From assembly GCA_035554095.1 (NCBI GenBank), contig DATMIX010000043.1, positions 303 to 64,302 on the forward strand: a DNA stretch of 64,000 nt. The letters are read 5' to 3'. Numbering within the stretch: position 1 is the stretch's first letter; each line of letters starts with the position of its first letter. Positions 8,926 to 17,382 of this stretch are shown in pieces. The position numbers and the translations under genes were made by a program. The stretch is from Gaiellaceae bacterium. Its GTDB lineage: Bacteria > Actinomycetota > Thermoleophilia > Gaiellales > Gaiellaceae. The notes under the pieces were generated by a model. That model did not search any database, was not told the DNA's origin, and was given only the letters and a program-made list of their open reading frames with translations.

Positions 8926-10172
8926 CAGAGCTTCGCCCCTTCGGCCGGCCTTTGCCTGATCCGGAGCTTCCTCCGCGCCGTCCAGAGGTAGAGGATGATC
9001 ACGTCCGCCCCGATGAAGAGCAGGATGAACGCCTGGATCATCAGCGTCAGGTTCCCCGCGAGCTCGGGCTTGATCGCGAGATCGAGGTTCCGCGTCGAGG
9101 CACCGTAGAGCAGGGCGCCGAAGATGAGCGCACCGAGGCCGGTTCCGACGGCGGTGTTCCGGCCCAGCAACGCGACGGCGATGCCGATGAAGCCGATCTG
9201 CGACGAGAGCACGTCCAGCGAGCCGAGGCGGAACTGCCAGCCGAGGATGTCGATCGCTCCGCCGATCCCCGCGAACAGCCCGGAGATCGCCATCGCGAGG
9301 AAGTAACTGCGCGCGACGCTGATCCCACCGTACCGAGCGGCCTCGGGGTTGAAGCCGACCGCGCGCACCTGGTAGCCGAGCGTGGTTCGGTTGAGGATCA
9401 GGTAGAAGGCGACCAGCGATGCGATCGCGATGAAGATGCCGATATGCAGGCCCTGCGAACGTGGGTCTCCCCAGAAGACGGGCAGCTTCGCGCTCTGCTT
9501 GATGTCGTTCGAGACCGGGTTGGAGACGTTCTGGGTGTTCTGGAGCGGCCCGCCCTGGCCGAACAGATACGACCCCACGTAGATCGCGATCCAGTTCAGC
9601 ATGATCGTCGTGATCACCTCGTGCGCACCGACGGTCGCCTTGAGGAAGCCGGCGATTCCCGCCCAGGCAGCCCCCGCCAGCGCCGCGAGGCCGATCGCCA
9701 CGAAGATGTGAAGCGGCTTCGCGAGGTTCGCCCACGACGAGCCGACGACGACGGCGACATAGGCGCCGACGAGGTACTGGCCCTGACCGCCGATGTTGAA
9801 GAGCCCGCACCGGAACGCGAACGCGACCGCCAGGCCGGTCATGATCAGCGCAGTCGTCGAGAGAAGGGTCTGCTGCAGGTTGAACGCCGAGTTGCAGGCG
9901 GTCGAGATGCAGTCGGAGTTGATCGTCGGATGGAAGATCCAGTTGAAGCCGGCGCCGTTGAAGATCCCCTTGTAGGTGTCGAGCGGATCGTGGCCGGTTG
10001 CGAGCACGACGAGGCCGCCCACGAAGAACGCGACCACTGCCGTCAGAAACGGCGTGATGATCCCGCCGGCACGCTGGTAGAGGGCCAGGCGCCTCGCGAC
10101 GCTCGGGATCTGGCCCGGTGGAGTGCCGCCTTCGCCCGGAACGGGCGCGGGCGCCGCGCTCTGCTCGCTCAC
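8925..10172 (-). CDS. ABC transporter permease (BMP/nucleoside type, NupP/YufP-like)
   Basis: 415-aa polytopic protein. The GTG at 10172 forms a GTGA overlap with the ATPase stop. Confidence 0.85.
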   Translation of the reverse strand: MSEQSAAPAPVPGEGGTPPGQIPSVARRLALYQRAGGIITPFLTAVVAFFVGGLVVLATGHDPLDTYKGIFNGAGFNWIFHPTINSDCISTACNSAFNLQQTLLSTTALIMTGLAVAFAFRCGLFNIGGQGQYLVGAYVAVVVGSSWANLAKPLHIFVAIGLAALAGAAWAGIAGFLKATVGAHEVITTIMLNWIAIYVGSYLFGQGGPLQNTQNVSNPVSNDIKQSAKLPVFWGDPRSQGLHIGIFIAIASLVAFYLILNRTTLGYQVRAVGFNPEAARYGGISVARSYFLAMAISGLFAGIGGAIDILGWQFRLGSLDVLSSQIGFIGIAVALLGRNTAVGTGLGALIFGALLYGASTRNLDLAIKPELAGNLTLMIQAFILLFIGADVIILYLWTARRKLRIRQRPAEGAKL

Positions 10173-11695
10173 GCGGCCTGCCTCGCCCCGCCGGTCATCG
10201 CGAGCCCGAGCTCCTCGGAGGAGACGTCCGGCGAGTACTCGCCCACGACTCGCCCTTCGTAGACGGCGAGAATCCGGTCCGAGAGCGAGAGGATCTCGTC
10301 GAGCTCGAACGAGACGAGCAGGATCGCGCGACCCTCGTCGCGCTCCTCGACGAGCCGCCGGTGGACGAACTCGATCGCGCCCACGTCCAGCCCGCGGGTC
10401 GGCTGGGCGGCGATCAGCACGCGGGGGTCACGGGAGACCTCGCGCGCGACGACCACCTTCTGCTGGTTTCCGCCGGAGAGGCCGGCGGCGCGCGTGCGGG
10501 GGCCGCCGCCGCGTACGTCGAACTCGCGCAGGAGCGTCCTGGCGCGGGAGATCATCCGCCCCGGCCTCAGCCACGCCCAGCGCGAGATCGGCGCCTTGTC
10601 GTAATCGTGCAGCGCCAGGTTCTCGGCCAGCGTGAAGTCGAGCACGAGCCCGCGGCGCTGGCGGTCCTCGGGGATGTGGCCGAGCCCCTCGTCGAGCCGC
10701 TCGTGCGCGCTCGCCTTCGTCACGTCGAGCCCGCCGACCTCGATCGACCCGCCCGCAACCGGCCTCAGGCCGCTGAGCGCGTCGATCAGCTCCGTTTGGC
10801 CGTTCCCGTCCACGCCGGCGATCCCGACGATCTCGCCGCCGCGGACGGTCAGCGAGACGTCGCGAACGGCCTCGAGCTCCCGGTCGTCGAGGACGCTCAG
10901 ACCGTCGACGACGAGCAGCGGCTCCCCCGGCTCCGCGGGTTTCTTCTCGACGCGCAGGAGGACCTCGCGGCCGACCATCATCCGCGCCAGTTCCTGCTCG
11001 GTGGCCCCCTGCGCGGTGACGGTGTCGACCTTCTTGCCTCGTCGCAGAACTGTGATGCGGTCGGCGATCTCGAGCACCTCGTTCAGCTTGTGCGTGATGA
11101 AGATGATCGACTTGCCCTGCTCCGTGAGGCTGCGGATGATCGTGAACAGCTCGGCCGCCTCCTGCGGCGTGAGGACGGCCGTGGGCTCGTCGAGGATCAG
11201 GATCTCGGCGCCGCGGAACAGCGCCTTGAGGATCTCCGCCCGCTGCTGCTGGCCGACGCTGATGTTCTCGACCCGCGCGTGCGGGTTCACGGCGAGGCCG
11301 TACTGCTCCGAGAGCTCCTTGACGCGCCGTTCGGCCGCGCCCTCGTCGAGCAGAACGGCTTCGCGCCGCGGCTCCATGCCGAGCACGATGTTCTCCGCGA
11401 CGGTCATCACCGGGATCAGCATGAAGTGCTGATGAACCATCCCGATTCCGTGGTCGATCGCCACGCGCGGTGAGCTGATCTTCACCGGCTCGCCGTCGAC
11501 GAGGATCGAGCCGTCGTCGGGTGTGTACAGGCCGTAGACGACGTTCATCAGGGTCGACTTGCCCGCGCCGTTCTCCCCCAACAGCGCGTGAACCTCGCCG
11601 CGTGCGAGGTCGAAGTCGACGTGGTCGTTCGCGAGGATCCCGGGGAACTCCTTGGTGATCCCACGGAGTTCCAGGATCGGCGACTCGGTGGCCAC
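10169..11695 (-). CDS. ABC transporter ATP-binding protein with duplicated ABC domains (nucleoside/sugar type)
   Basis: Walker A is GENGAGKST, the signature is LSVGQQQRAEILKAL, and Walker B is ILILDEPT. The second half carries LSGGNQQKVVVARE and LIAAQPTRGLDVGA. Confidence 0.9.
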   Translation of the reverse strand: MATESPILELRGITKEFPGILANDHVDFDLARGEVHALLGENGAGKSTLMNVVYGLYTPDDGSILVDGEPVKISSPRVAIDHGIGMVHQHFMLIPVMTVAENIVLGMEPRREAVLLDEGAAERRVKELSEQYGLAVNPHARVENISVGQQQRAEILKALFRGAEILILDEPTAVLTPQEAAELFTIIRSLTEQGKSIIFITHKLNEVLEIADRITVLRRGKKVDTVTAQGATEQELARMMVGREVLLRVEKKPAEPGEPLLVVDGLSVLDDRELEAVRDVSLTVRGGEIVGIAGVDGNGQTELIDALSGLRPVAGGSIEVGGLDVTKASAHERLDEGLGHIPEDRQRRGLVLDFTLAENLALHDYDKAPISRWAWLRPGRMISRARTLLREFDVRGGGPRTRAAGLSGGNQQKVVVAREVSRDPRVLIAAQPTRGLDVGAIEFVHRRLVEERDEGRAILLVSFELDEILSLSDRILAVYEGRVVGEYSPDVSSEELGLAMTGGARQAA

Positions 11696-11715
11696 GAGGC
11701 GATTCTAAGAGGCTG

Positions 11716-11747
11716 GAAAAAACGAGGCGGGCCTTGCGGCCCGCCTC
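11716..11747 (-). terminator. Intrinsic terminator between the SBP gene and the ABC ATPase gene
   Basis: The minus-strand RNA reads CGAGGCGGGCC-gcaa-GGCCCGCCUCG, a perfect 11-bp GC-rich stem, followed by UUUUUU. It lies in the 76-nt gap between 11772 and 11695. Confidence 0.7.
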
Positions 11748-11771
11748 GAATCGATCTCGTGCCGAGTATGG

Positions 11772-12788
11772 CTAGAGCTTCTTCGGCGGGCGGATCTTGC
11801 CCTTGATGATCAACGCCTTGAGGGAGTTGACCTTCTTCATGTACTTCGCGCACTTGCAGCGCGAGCTCAGCTTGCCGAGCGCGACACCCTTGTTCTTCAG
11901 GTTGAACACGAGATTCCGGCCGCCCTTGAACTTGCCGGCCTTGACGGCCTGCACGGTCAGGAAGACCGAGTTGTCGACGCGCTTGACGGCGCTCGTCAGG
12001 ATGAACGAGCCGAGGCCGCCCTGATCCTTGTCGACGCCGATCCCCCATTTGCCCTTGCTCTTGGCAGCGGAGAGTGCGCCGAGGCCGCAACCACCCGCGA
12101 CCTGGAAGACGACCTGCGAGCCGGCGGCGATCTGGTTCAGCGCCAGCTCCTTGCACTTCGACTGGTCGTTGAACGTCTGCGAGAAGTTCACGAGCGTCTT
12201 CGTGCCCCGCACGCACTTTTTGGCGCCGGCGCGGTAGCCCGCGATGAAGATCGAGACGGTCGGGATGTTGAGCCCGCCGACCGCGCTGATGATCTTCTTG
12301 CCCTTCTCCTTCGCCTTGAACGCGGCGAGGCAGCCGATCAGGTAGCTGTTCTCGTTCGTGTTGAACGTCAGTCCAGCGACGTTCTTGTCACCCTTGAAGG
12401 GCGCGTCGTTGATCGAGTAGTCGATGATCGCGAACTTGTTGGTCGGATACTTCTCGGCCGTTGCGTGCGTTGCGTCCGCCAGCAGGAAGCCAACCGAGAT
12501 GATGATGTTGTACTTCGCGCGGGCGAGCGACTCGAGGTTCGGGATGTAGTCGTTCGTCGACTTCGACTCGACCGCCTTGTACTTGATGTTCAGTACCTGG
12601 GCGGCCCGCTTCATCCCCTCCAGGGCCGACTGGTTGAACGAACGGTCGTTGAACCGACCGACGTCGCTGACCAATCCGCCTCTGATGGTCGCCGACGAGG
12701 AAGCCATACCGGTCCCCGTCAGCAGCGCTGCGAGTGTCACGAAAGCCGCACACAGCATCGCGACGCGCAGCAAGTGCTTGTTCTTCAC
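11772..12788 (-). CDS. BMP family (Med/PnrA/TmpC-like) ABC substrate-binding protein
   Basis: Contains GLVSDVGRFNDRSFNQSA...GFLLADA...AIIDY...VGGLNIP... and sits next to the ABC genes. GTG at 12788 lies 6 nt after GGAGGG. The N-terminus is a signal-peptide-like hydrophobic segment. Confidence 0.85.
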   Translation of the reverse strand: MKNKHLLRVAMLCAAFVTLAALLTGTGMASSSATIRGGLVSDVGRFNDRSFNQSALEGMKRAAQVLNIKYKAVESKSTNDYIPNLESLARAKYNIIISVGFLLADATHATAEKYPTNKFAIIDYSINDAPFKGDKNVAGLTFNTNENSYLIGCLAAFKAKEKGKKIISAVGGLNIPTVSIFIAGYRAGAKKCVRGTKTLVNFSQTFNDQSKCKELALNQIAAGSQVVFQVAGGCGLGALSAAKSKGKWGIGVDKDQGGLGSFILTSAVKRVDNSVFLTVQAVKAGKFKGGRNLVFNLKNKGVALGKLSSRCKCAKYMKKVNSLKALIIKGKIRPPKKL

Positions 12789-12884
12789 GTATTTCCCTCC
12801 TGCCCCGTTGGGAGTTTTGATGACTCTAACTCGCCTGACCTGGTCCAAGCGAGTCCTCGCAATGTAAGACGTTCGCGGGGCCGC

Positions 12885-15089
12885 TTAGTTGGCGATGACG
12901 CGGGAGAGATCGGCCTCGTCGACGAGCACCTTACGCGGTTTCGAGCCCTCGTAGCCGGAGATGATCCCGCGGCGCTCGAGCATGTCGATCAGGCGGCCCG
13001 CACGCGTGTAGCCGACCCGTAGGCGCCGCTGCAGCAGCGATGTCGAGGCGGTCTGGGCCGTGACCACGATCTCGATAGCGCGATCGAGAAGTGGGTCCTC
13101 GTCCGGGTCGAAGTCGCCTTCGGCGTCGTCCAGGTCCTCAGGCGACGGCTCGGGAGCCTCGAGGAGGCTCTCGTCGAGCTCCTGGTCGCGCTGCGCGCGG
13201 CACTGCTCGACGACGAGGGCGATCTCGTCCTCCGTGACGAAGGCGCCCTGGAGCCGTTGTAGCCGCGACGTGCCGAGGGGCTTGAAGAGCATGTCGCCCT
13301 GGCCGAGGAGGCTCTCGGCGCCGGACTGGTCGAGGATGACGCGCGAATCCGTCTGGCTCGAGACGGCGAAGGCGACCCTGCTCGGGACGTTCGCCTTGAT
13401 CATCCCCGTGATCACGTCGACCGATGGCCGCTGCGTCGCGAGGACGAGGTGGATCCCGACGGCTCGGCTCTTCTGTGCAAGGCGGATGACGGCGTCCTCC
13501 ACGTCCTGGGGCGCGATCATCATCAGGTCGGCGAGCTCGTCGATCACGACCAGCAGGTAGGGCAGCGTCGGCTCGCCGCGGGAGCGGAAGGCCCGGTTAG
13601 CCTCGTTCAGGTTCCGCGCCCGCACGGCGGAAAGGCGCTCGTAACGCCGCTCCATCTCGCTGACGACGTTCGCAAGCACGATCGATGCCTCTTTCGGGCT
13701 CGAGACGACGGGCGTCAGGAGGTGCGGGATCGCCTCGTAGAAGTTCAGCTCGATCTTCTTGGGGTCGATCAGGATGAGCCGCACCTCGTCGGGCGTCGAG
13801 CGCAGCAGGATCGACGTGAGGATCGTGTTGATGCAGCCCGACTTGCCCGAGCCGGTCGTGCCCGCGATGAGGATGTGCGGCATCCGCGCCAGGTCCGTCC
13901 AGACGGCTGAGCCGGAGATGTCCTTGCCGAGCCAGACCGAGAGCGGGCTCGCGGTCTGCGGGAGGTCGCCGAAGATGTCGCCGAGCGCGACGTAGCTCGG
14001 GCTCGCGTTCGGGAGCTCGACGCCCACGGCCTGCTTGCCGGGGATCGGCGCGAGGATTCGGATCTCCGTCGTCGCGAGCGCGTAGCTGAGATCGTCCTTC
14101 AGGGCTGCGACCTTCGAGACCTTCGTCCCCGGGGCAAGCTGGAGCTCGTAGCGCGTGACGCGCGGTCCGGAGATCTGTCCGATCACGCTGGCGTCGACGC
14201 CGAAATGCGCGAGCGTCTGCACGAGCGCTTCCGCGACCTTCGCGTTCTGATCCGTCGATCCGCCTGCCCCCTTCGGCGAGCTTCGCAGGATCGAGTGGTC
14301 CGGCAGGCGGTAGTCCTTCGAAACGGCCGCGCCGACATCGAACAGGCTGGCCTGGTCCGGCTCGTCGGTGTCCGGATCCTCGAGCAGCAGCGGCGCCGGG
14401 CCGGGCGGCTCGACTTCCGAGACGACGTCCGGAAACTCGTTGACCGCATCGATCGGCGGCGCGGCGAGCGCGGTCGAGCCCGTCGACTCGTCAAGCGGCT
14501 CCACGAGGCGGAGCTCGGCGTTGTGCTGGATGCGCGCGCGGCGCGCGGCCGCGGCCGTGCTCGCGCGCCTGACGGCGGTGCCGGAGCGTCTGATGATCGC
14601 GCCTGCAGACGCGCCGGTGAGCAGCAGCGTTCCGGCAAGAAGCGTCGTCACCCCCACGATCAGCACGCCGGTGCCGCCGAGGCCGACGCCGAGGAGGGTG
14701 GCGAGCGCGAGCCCGACGTAGCCGCCGTGCGCCTTGCCGAGCGTGAGCATCAGGCCGGCGGCAAAGACGACGAGACCCGTCCGGAAGGGCCGCATGTCGA
14801 CGAGGTCGCTCCGGGCCAGCATCAGGCCCCCGACCGCAAGGCAGGCGACCGGGAAGATCACCCTCGCCGCCCCGATCAGCGCGTCGAGCCCCTCGGCTGC
14901 GAAACCGCCTGCGTACCCGCCGCTCCAGCCGAGGTAGAGCACCGTCGAGAGGAAGACGCCGAGGGCGGCCAGCACGAGCCCGAGCAACTCGGGATGCTGG
15001 TGCCCGCGCGCTTTGGACGATCGCTTCTTCTTGCGGACGCGCGCGGGCGTGCGCGGCTTCGGAGAGCGCTTCTTACGACGGCGGGCCAT
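12885..15089 (-). CDS. ftsK: DNA translocase FtsK/SpoIIIE
   Basis: Basic N-terminus, about 4 TM helices and a linker. The motor domain carries PHILIAGTTGSGKS, LLVVIDELADLMM and LATQRPSVDVITG. A C-terminal winged-helix gamma domain is present (LQRRLRVGYTRAGRLIDMLE). Confidence 0.92.
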   Translation of the reverse strand: MARRRKKRSPKPRTPARVRKKKRSSKARGHQHPELLGLVLAALGVFLSTVLYLGWSGGYAGGFAAEGLDALIGAARVIFPVACLAVGGLMLARSDLVDMRPFRTGLVVFAAGLMLTLGKAHGGYVGLALATLLGVGLGGTGVLIVGVTTLLAGTLLLTGASAGAIIRRSGTAVRRASTAAAARRARIQHNAELRLVEPLDESTGSTALAAPPIDAVNEFPDVVSEVEPPGPAPLLLEDPDTDEPDQASLFDVGAAVSKDYRLPDHSILRSSPKGAGGSTDQNAKVAEALVQTLAHFGVDASVIGQISGPRVTRYELQLAPGTKVSKVAALKDDLSYALATTEIRILAPIPGKQAVGVELPNASPSYVALGDIFGDLPQTASPLSVWLGKDISGSAVWTDLARMPHILIAGTTGSGKSGCINTILTSILLRSTPDEVRLILIDPKKIELNFYEAIPHLLTPVVSSPKEASIVLANVVSEMERRYERLSAVRARNLNEANRAFRSRGEPTLPYLLVVIDELADLMMIAPQDVEDAVIRLAQKSRAVGIHLVLATQRPSVDVITGMIKANVPSRVAFAVSSQTDSRVILDQSGAESLLGQGDMLFKPLGTSRLQRLQGAFVTEDEIALVVEQCRAQRDQELDESLLEAPEPSPEDLDDAEGDFDPDEDPLLDRAIEIVVTAQTASTSLLQRRLRVGYTRAGRLIDMLERRGIISGYEGSKPRKVLVDEADLSRVIAN

Positions 15090-15162
15090 CGGCCGCGCGT
15101 CATTCGACGCGGCCGCGGCCAGCCCTCTACCTCAGTTTGTTCGGGTAGGGGCTCCCACGCGG

Positions 15163-15717
15163 CTACGCGGCGAGTGCGCGCAGGTCTTCGAGCGTGTGTC
15201 CGAGCAGGTTCTCCCGCAGGTCGAACAGGCCGGCCCAGAGGGAGGCCCGGTCGGGCGCCGTCCGGATTCGCGCCGCATCGGAAAGCCCCTGAAGAGCCCG
15301 GACGAACACTGCGAGCTCGAGGTACGTCTGGGCGACGCGGATCGGGCTGACGTGGACGCCGGCGCGGTCGAGGATCGGCGCCCACTCGAGCAGCTCCGCG
15401 GCGCCGGGAGCGCCGTACCAGGAGCGCCCCTCGGCCCAATCGGGCTCGAGCTCCAGGAGGTACCGGCCGAGCGGCGCCTCCAGGCCGACGAGCGCGGTCT
15501 CCGCGCGGTCGGCCGCGTGCCGAAGCGCCGCCTGCCTCCGGCCCGGGGTGGCCGGCTCGGGCTCGCCCCGCGCCCAGCGCTCGAGCAGCCGGCAGAAAGC
15601 CAGCGAGGCCGCCTCGCAGGCCGCCAGCTGCCCGACGAGGCGCGTCGCCGTGGTTTGCTCGGCGGCGAAGTCCTCGAGGACATCGGCCCAGCCGGGCTCG
15701 TAAGCGCGAACACTCAT
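15163..15717 (-). CDS. Hypothetical protein (predicted all-alpha), translationally coupled to rnj
   Basis: 184 aa with GC3-rich codons. The ATG at 15717 forms an ATGA overlap with the rnj stop. I recognise no motif. Confidence 0.6.
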   Translation of the reverse strand: MSVRAYEPGWADVLEDFAAEQTTATRLVGQLAACEAASLAFCRLLERWARGEPEPATPGRRQAALRHAADRAETALVGLEAPLGRYLLELEPDWAEGRSWYGAPGAAELLEWAPILDRAGVHVSPIRVAQTYLELAVFVRALQGLSDAARIRTAPDRASLWAGLFDLRENLLGHTLEDLRALAA

Positions 15718-17369
15718 ATCTCTACTACTACAGGGAGAATCATCGGCCGTCGACCAGTGCGGTCGTAGACGAGCTGGCCCAGTCCGTCGTGCAGATGCTC
15801 CTGGATCAGCTTGACCTCGGTCGTGTGCTCGTTGAGAAGGTCGTGGAGCACGCGCTGGGCCTCGAGTCGCATCTCCTGCAGGAGGGAGTCCGATTCGCCG
15901 AACCCGCGCGCGATCAGCTCGGGTGGACCGGTCACGTGGCCGTTTGCGCCTCCGAGCGTCGCGACGACGATGACGACGCCGTCCTCGGAGAGGTGACGCC
16001 GATCGCGCAGCGCGACATCGTGCACGTCGCCGACGCCGAGACCGTCGACGAACGTGACGCCCGACTCTACGTCGTCGACGACGCGGGCGCCCTCCGGCGT
16101 CAGCTCGACCACGGCGCCGTTCTCGGCCAGGACGATCGCCTCCGCCGGGACTCCTCCCTCCTCCGCGAGGCGGGCGTGCGCCGCGAGCATCCGGAACTCG
16201 CCGTGCACCGGCATCATCGCCTTCGGCCTGACGAGCGAGATCATCGTCCGCAGCTCCTCGGCGTGCCCGTGGCCCGAGACGTGAACAGGTGCGTTCTCCT
16301 GGTGCAGAACCTCCGCCCCCGCCTTGGCCAGCTCGTTGATCGCGTCGTGGACGCGCAGCTCGTTGCCGGGCACGGGGCGCGCGGAGATGATCACGGTGTC
16401 GCCGCGGTCGACGCGGACGGCGGGATGGTCGTTGTAGGCGATCCGAACGAGCGCGGAGAGGGGCTCGCCCTGGGAGCCCGTGCAGAGGATCAGCACCTGG
16501 CCGGGCTGGTAGTCGTCGAGCTCGGCCGGCTTGATCAACGCGTCCTCGGGCATGTCGACGTACCCGAGGTTGCGCGCGATGTTCAGGTTCTTGCGCATCG
16601 AGCGGCCGACGACGCACACCTTGCGGCCGACGTCGAGGGCGACGTCGACGGCCTGCTGCATGCGGTGGATGTTCGACGCGAACGACGCCACCAGGATCCG
16701 GCCTTGCCGCTGCGGGATGATCTGGCGAAAAGCTTCTCCCACGAGTCGTTCCGAGCCGGTCACACCCGGGCGCTCGGCGTTCGTGGAGTCGCCCAACAGC
16801 AGGTCGATGCCCCGGTTGCCGAGCTCCGCGAGCCGGCCGACATCCGTGCGAAGACCGTCGACAGGGGTGTGGTCGAGCTTCCAGTCGCCGGTGTGGAGGA
16901 CGCGACCTGCCTCCGTCTCGAGCACCACGGCGACGGAGTCGGGAACCGAGTGCGCGACGCGGACGAACCCGACCCTGAAGGCGCCGAGCTGCAGCGCTCC
17001 CTCGTCCGGCGCGATCTCGCGCAGCTCCGAGGCGCGGAGCATCCCGTGCTCGTCGAGCTTCGACTTGACGAGCCCGAGGGTCAGCCGTGTCGCCCAGACC
17101 TCGTCGACCCGCACCTCGCGGAGCAGGTACGGCAGTGCCCCGACGTGATCCTCGTGGCCGTGGGTGAGGATGACGGCGCGAACGGGACGCTCGCGTTCCC
17201 GCAGGTACGTGAAGTCCGGCAGGATCAGGTCGACGCCGAGGTGCTCGTCGCGGGGGAACGCGAGCCCGGCGTCGACCACGACCGCGTCGCCGCCGTGCTC
17301 GTAGACCATCATGTTCTTCCCGACCTCGCCCAGGCCGCCGAGCGGGACGATCCGCAAAGGTTCTGGCAT
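15714..17369 (-). CDS. rnj: Ribonuclease J
   Basis: Metallo-beta-lactamase/beta-CASP protein with N-terminus LRIVPLGGLGEVGKNM, motif LTHGHEDHVGALPYL and HVSGHG. 551 aa. Confidence 0.92.
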   Translation of the reverse strand: MPEPLRIVPLGGLGEVGKNMMVYEHGGDAVVVDAGLAFPRDEHLGVDLILPDFTYLRERERPVRAVILTHGHEDHVGALPYLLREVRVDEVWATRLTLGLVKSKLDEHGMLRASELREIAPDEGALQLGAFRVGFVRVAHSVPDSVAVVLETEAGRVLHTGDWKLDHTPVDGLRTDVGRLAELGNRGIDLLLGDSTNAERPGVTGSERLVGEAFRQIIPQRQGRILVASFASNIHRMQQAVDVALDVGRKVCVVGRSMRKNLNIARNLGYVDMPEDALIKPAELDDYQPGQVLILCTGSQGEPLSALVRIAYNDHPAVRVDRGDTVIISARPVPGNELRVHDAINELAKAGAEVLHQENAPVHVSGHGHAEELRTMISLVRPKAMMPVHGEFRMLAAHARLAEEGGVPAEAIVLAENGAVVELTPEGARVVDDVESGVTFVDGLGVGDVHDVALRDRRHLSEDGVVIVVATLGGANGHVTGPPELIARGFGESDSLLQEMRLEAQRVLHDLLNEHTTEVKLIQEHLHDGLGQLVYDRTGRRPMILPVVVEI

Positions 17370-17382
17370 CGCTTCAGTTTAG

